Source: Camelus ferus (taxonomy: Eukaryota). Taken from it: a stretch of 64,000 nt of DNA. The notes under the pieces were generated by a model, which saw nothing but the letters and a program-made list of their open reading frames with translations, was not told the origin of the DNA and made no database searches. Where the stretch lies: contig NC_045696.1 of the NCBI RefSeq assembly GCF_009834535.1, positions 1,178,001 to 1,242,000 on the forward strand, in the 5' to 3' direction. Shown here in pieces: positions 60,770-64,000 of the stretch (position 1 is the first letter of the stretch; each line of letters starts with the position of its first letter). Both the position numbers and the translations under genes were made by a program.

Positions 60770-61300
60770 AATAATATGTATTGACTAAGCTCTGTCCGGG
60801 GTGCTCTGAACTGGGCATTCTAGTCCTTCCAGTGGGGGAGTGAACCGGCACACTCTGGAAATCTTCCGCTAAGGAGCGTCCAGTACCTTTAGACGGCCGT
60901 GCCCCTCCGTCCACGGAGACGGAGCGCTCCCGTCGTAGGGCGTGCCCGAGAACACGGTCAGTGTTTGGGCTGAACAGACTGCACGAGAGTATTTACTGCA
61001 GAATTGCTTAGTAGCAGAAACCTAGAAACATCGCGGACGTCTAACCACAGTGGGGAAGACCACATGGAGCCAGAGGTAACTTCAGGACGGCGGCGTTTGC
61101 GTAGAAGGGAGTAGGGCGGAGGTTTGGGGAGGGTGCGGACACGGCTTATTGTCATGACGCGGTTGTCACGGCAGGTGCGGCTGGGCATGCGAGCTGCAGC
61201 ACTAAAATACACACGCGTGAAGCGTGCCCACCACGCACAGGTTAACGATGCAAGCGGGCCGTGAACCACGGGATGCGACTGAGCTGGCTGTGAGGAGTGG
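60770..61300 (+). mobile_element. Old LINE-1 (L1ME-like) 3' remnant, GC-shifted
   Basis: gagagtatttactgcagaattgcttagtagcagaaacctagaaaca resembles L1 aggatgttcattgcagcattgtttataatagcaaaaaactggaaaca. Confidence 0.5.
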
Positions 61301-61429
61301 ACATCCCTAAACCAGCTGACGGGAGAGAGAGACAGACAAACAGAGACGGACAGACAGACAGATGGGGACGCAGAGATGCAACACAAGGTGGACACGTGTG
61401 TGTGCACGTTTACAGACAGTGATTTATTT

Positions 61430-61870
61430 ATAGCTTAGAGTATAAACATTTAGAAACACCCTATACAACAGCGTTTAAAGCCTAGGGCGACTTGGAGATA
61501 AATTTGACGACAGCCGCGTAAGATGGCGACGGGGACCTGTGGAAGGACCCCGGCAGACATGAGGGAAGAGCCGGCAGGTGGAAACACGCATGGTGTTTAC
61601 GGCCTGGAAGCCGCATCGCTGGGATGTTAGTTCTCCCCAGATTTCTCTGTCCTTGCAATACCGCCCCAAGCCCAAACCCCAGCCAGGTTTTAAAGATGAA
61701 AGCTGGCAAGGAGATCATAAAATTTCTAAGGAAATTCGAAACACCTAGAATAAACAACACAGTTCTGATGAAGAATGCTGGCTGAGGCCGCTGCGGTCAT
61801 GCTCCGCCATCGCCAGGGCTGACCGGGCTGGCCTGGGCCAGGAGAAAGTCAAGGTGAACACGCAGGTTCC
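61430..61870 (+). mobile_element. Old LINE-1 ORF2 post-RT remnant
   Basis: cttggagataaatttgacga (cf. LGINLT), gatgttagttctccccagatt (cf. MSILPKL), atcataaaatttctaaggaaattcgaaacacctagaata (cf. ILKFIWK...PRI). Confidence 0.65.
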
Positions 61871-62604
61871 CCGGAGGGACGGCCCGGGAAGGCATCGCTG
61901 TTGGGCCTGTCTGGGTGAGGGGTTCGGGGCCAGGGCAGAGGGGCTGGATGACTCAGCGGGAGGGAGCACACAGCCAGGAGGGCCTTAGGGCACAGCCAGT
62001 GCCGAGAGCTAGAGGTCAGCCCTGGGCCCCAGACACGGGCCCCGGGAGTACTGTCCACTGAGCCATCGCCCAGTGTCCAGCCACAGATCACCCCTCCTGT
62101 GAACCACAGAGCGAGTGCTGCAGAGTGGGCAGCTGTCCGACCCCACACTCGGCAGGTGGGGTGACCCGTCCAGCGGTGGGAAGAGAGGGTGGGGGCCCAG
62201 CCTCTCCCTGGGTGTCCCAGATGCGTGGGCGAGGATCGTCTGCTTGTCCAGACCCCACCCCTGAAGCTGGGCTGGGAGTAGCGACGCCACATCCCGGGTC
62301 CCGGGGAAGAGGTGCAGAGCCCCAGCCGGGGGGTCACTGAGTCAGAATCTGCCGTCCGACCGATCCCCGGGGATCCCTTTGTACTGAAAGCGTGAGGAGC
62401 CGCTGGCCAGCTTTCCAGTTTTAAGCACACGAGTGATGGGGAACGTTTGGCCTGGAGTCTTGGGGATTCCCAGTAGAAGTCGGAACAGCAACACCCAGCG
62501 TGAGTTTCTGACGGTGATACCTGGGCTGAGTCTCAAAGGAGTGTGTGCGAACCAGACTGTCTGAGGGTTTTCGAGACACAAGGGGATACTCAAACCCGTG
62601 TGGG

Positions 62605-62720
62605 CCGGGGGCTCTCTGGGAGGTGACACTGGAGCTGAGGGTGTGAAGACAGGGCCGTGGGGACATCAGGGTAAAGAGCAGCATGTGCAAAGGCCCTGGG
62701 GATGGGACGGGTTCAGTGCG
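62605..62720 (-). mobile_element. L2 fragment
   Basis: ctctctgggaggtgacactggagctgag...agcagcatgtgcaaaggccctggg is characteristic of antisense L2 3' sequence. Confidence 0.5.
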
Positions 62721-64000
62721 GGGAGGCCAGGGCATCCGGCAGAGGAAGTGAGGCCCATGGAGGAGGAGATGGGCACTGGCGGTCAACCCTGGCTCCTGGC
62801 TGGGACTCGGGACACTGCCTGTGCTGAGACGGGAGCTGCTGGCAGACTCCCGAGGCGACTTCCCCGGAGCTGACTTGGAACAGAGACTGGCCCCAGGTGC
62901 TGTGCTGGGAACAGTCTGGGGGGCGGAGCAGGGGGGCAGGCAGAGGTCAGTGCAGGCATCCCTGGGGAAACATGCATCCAGGTGGCTGGTCTGGGACGGG
63001 TGCCGCGGAGGTGTAGACAAGCTCTCAGGACCAGCATCTGCAAACCTCCCTGCTCTGTCTTCACGGCGCTTCCCCCGCGTGCGTCAGCTCTTCCCACGTC
63101 TCCCTGCAGGATACACGTGGCTCTGCTTGGGGCCCCCAGACGGTCCAGCGGAGGCTGCTCCCCTCAAGGCCCTTTGTTCCTACGGCCCTGACGTCCCTGT
63201 GTGTGTGTGTGCGTGTGTTGGAGGGGCGGGGGATCAGGTCCCAGGGACTGAGAGGTGCCCTTGGGGCCGCCCCTCAGCCTCTCACAGCCGCGTTATCTGT
63301 TGACCCCCACCGCTGAATCAGACCCGGCAGGGACCTCCTGCCTGAGGGACCTGTCCCCGGGAGACTCAGCTCCTCTGAGGGAGGTGGGCCCCGGGTCTGA
63401 CCCGTCCCCACCCCGTCCCTGCACGTCGGAGGTGCTCCTTAAATACTTGTCCAAAACATACTGACAGAAACTTTGGAACTGGCTGTGAGGCCTCCATGCG
63501 GTGATGAAGAAAAAGGCAAAACCCGAAAGCTCTTCTCTGTACCAGGGAGACGTGGGCCAGGGTGAAGGGAAACCACTGAACCGGACAGAGATGCCTCAGA
63601 GAAGGCGGGAGAGCGGGGACGCTTCTGAGTCAAACAAGAGCCAATATGGGAACGTGTCAAGTCCTCCTGCAGGGACAAGCGCCCCAAAGGGACTTCTGGA
63701 AAGAAATGGAGGTTAGGAGCGATGATAAACCAGAGCAGAAGGAATCGTGACCAGATACAAGGACCTGAAATTCACAGTATGATCGGCGCATCCCCACCCT
63801 GCGTCTTATATGGAATGAGACGCGTCTGAGGAAACACGGTGCACATCTAGTCACTGCCTGCGTGTAGGTGGTCTCTGCCCGCGTGTGCATGGTCTCTGCC
63901 TATGTGTGTGCAGCTACTACCTGGGTGGGGGCACAGCCCTCCCCACTGGAGGGAACCTTCACTCAGGAGAACGGCCTCCCCCGGGGACGGGGCCCCCCAC

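Noticed and set aside
1..64000. A novel multi-gene biological system
   Set aside because: Only one supported protein-coding gene, a well-known one. Everything else is repeat-derived, regulatory or compositional. lncRNAs cannot be confirmed from sequence alone.

Overview
GC-rich mammalian genomic DNA, not prokaryotic. A tRNA-derived SINE of the Vic-1 type and artiodactyl-type L1 3' ends suggest a camelid; this is inference from recalled repeat consensus. The only protein-coding gene I can support is POFUT2 (protein O-fucosyltransferase 2) on the + strand: 9 coding exons, ATG at 34938 to TGA at 48430, 1290 nt = 429 aa, all introns GT-AG with consistent phases, a CpG-island promoter, and AATAAA at 49209. 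The rest is intergenic or intronic sequence with L1, L2, MIR, MaLR LTR and hAT/MER fragments, a 9-bp minisatellite, a perfect 49-bp tandem duplication and a candidate enhancer near 7.2-7.6 kb. Nearly all other ORFs in the track are chance ORFs of GC-rich DNA or L1 remnants. I found no convincing new multi-gene system. The most unusual signal is a set of sharply localised AT-to-GC rewritten patches inside L1 copies, which create new CpG-dense tracts and fit fossil GC-biased gene-conversion hotspots. Other points of interest are a weak POFUT2 exon-9 acceptor paired with an in-phase candidate alternative last exon, a symmetric ETS/GC-box promoter that looks bidirectional, and a W356G change. Repeat family names and boundaries come from recognition by eye and are approximate.
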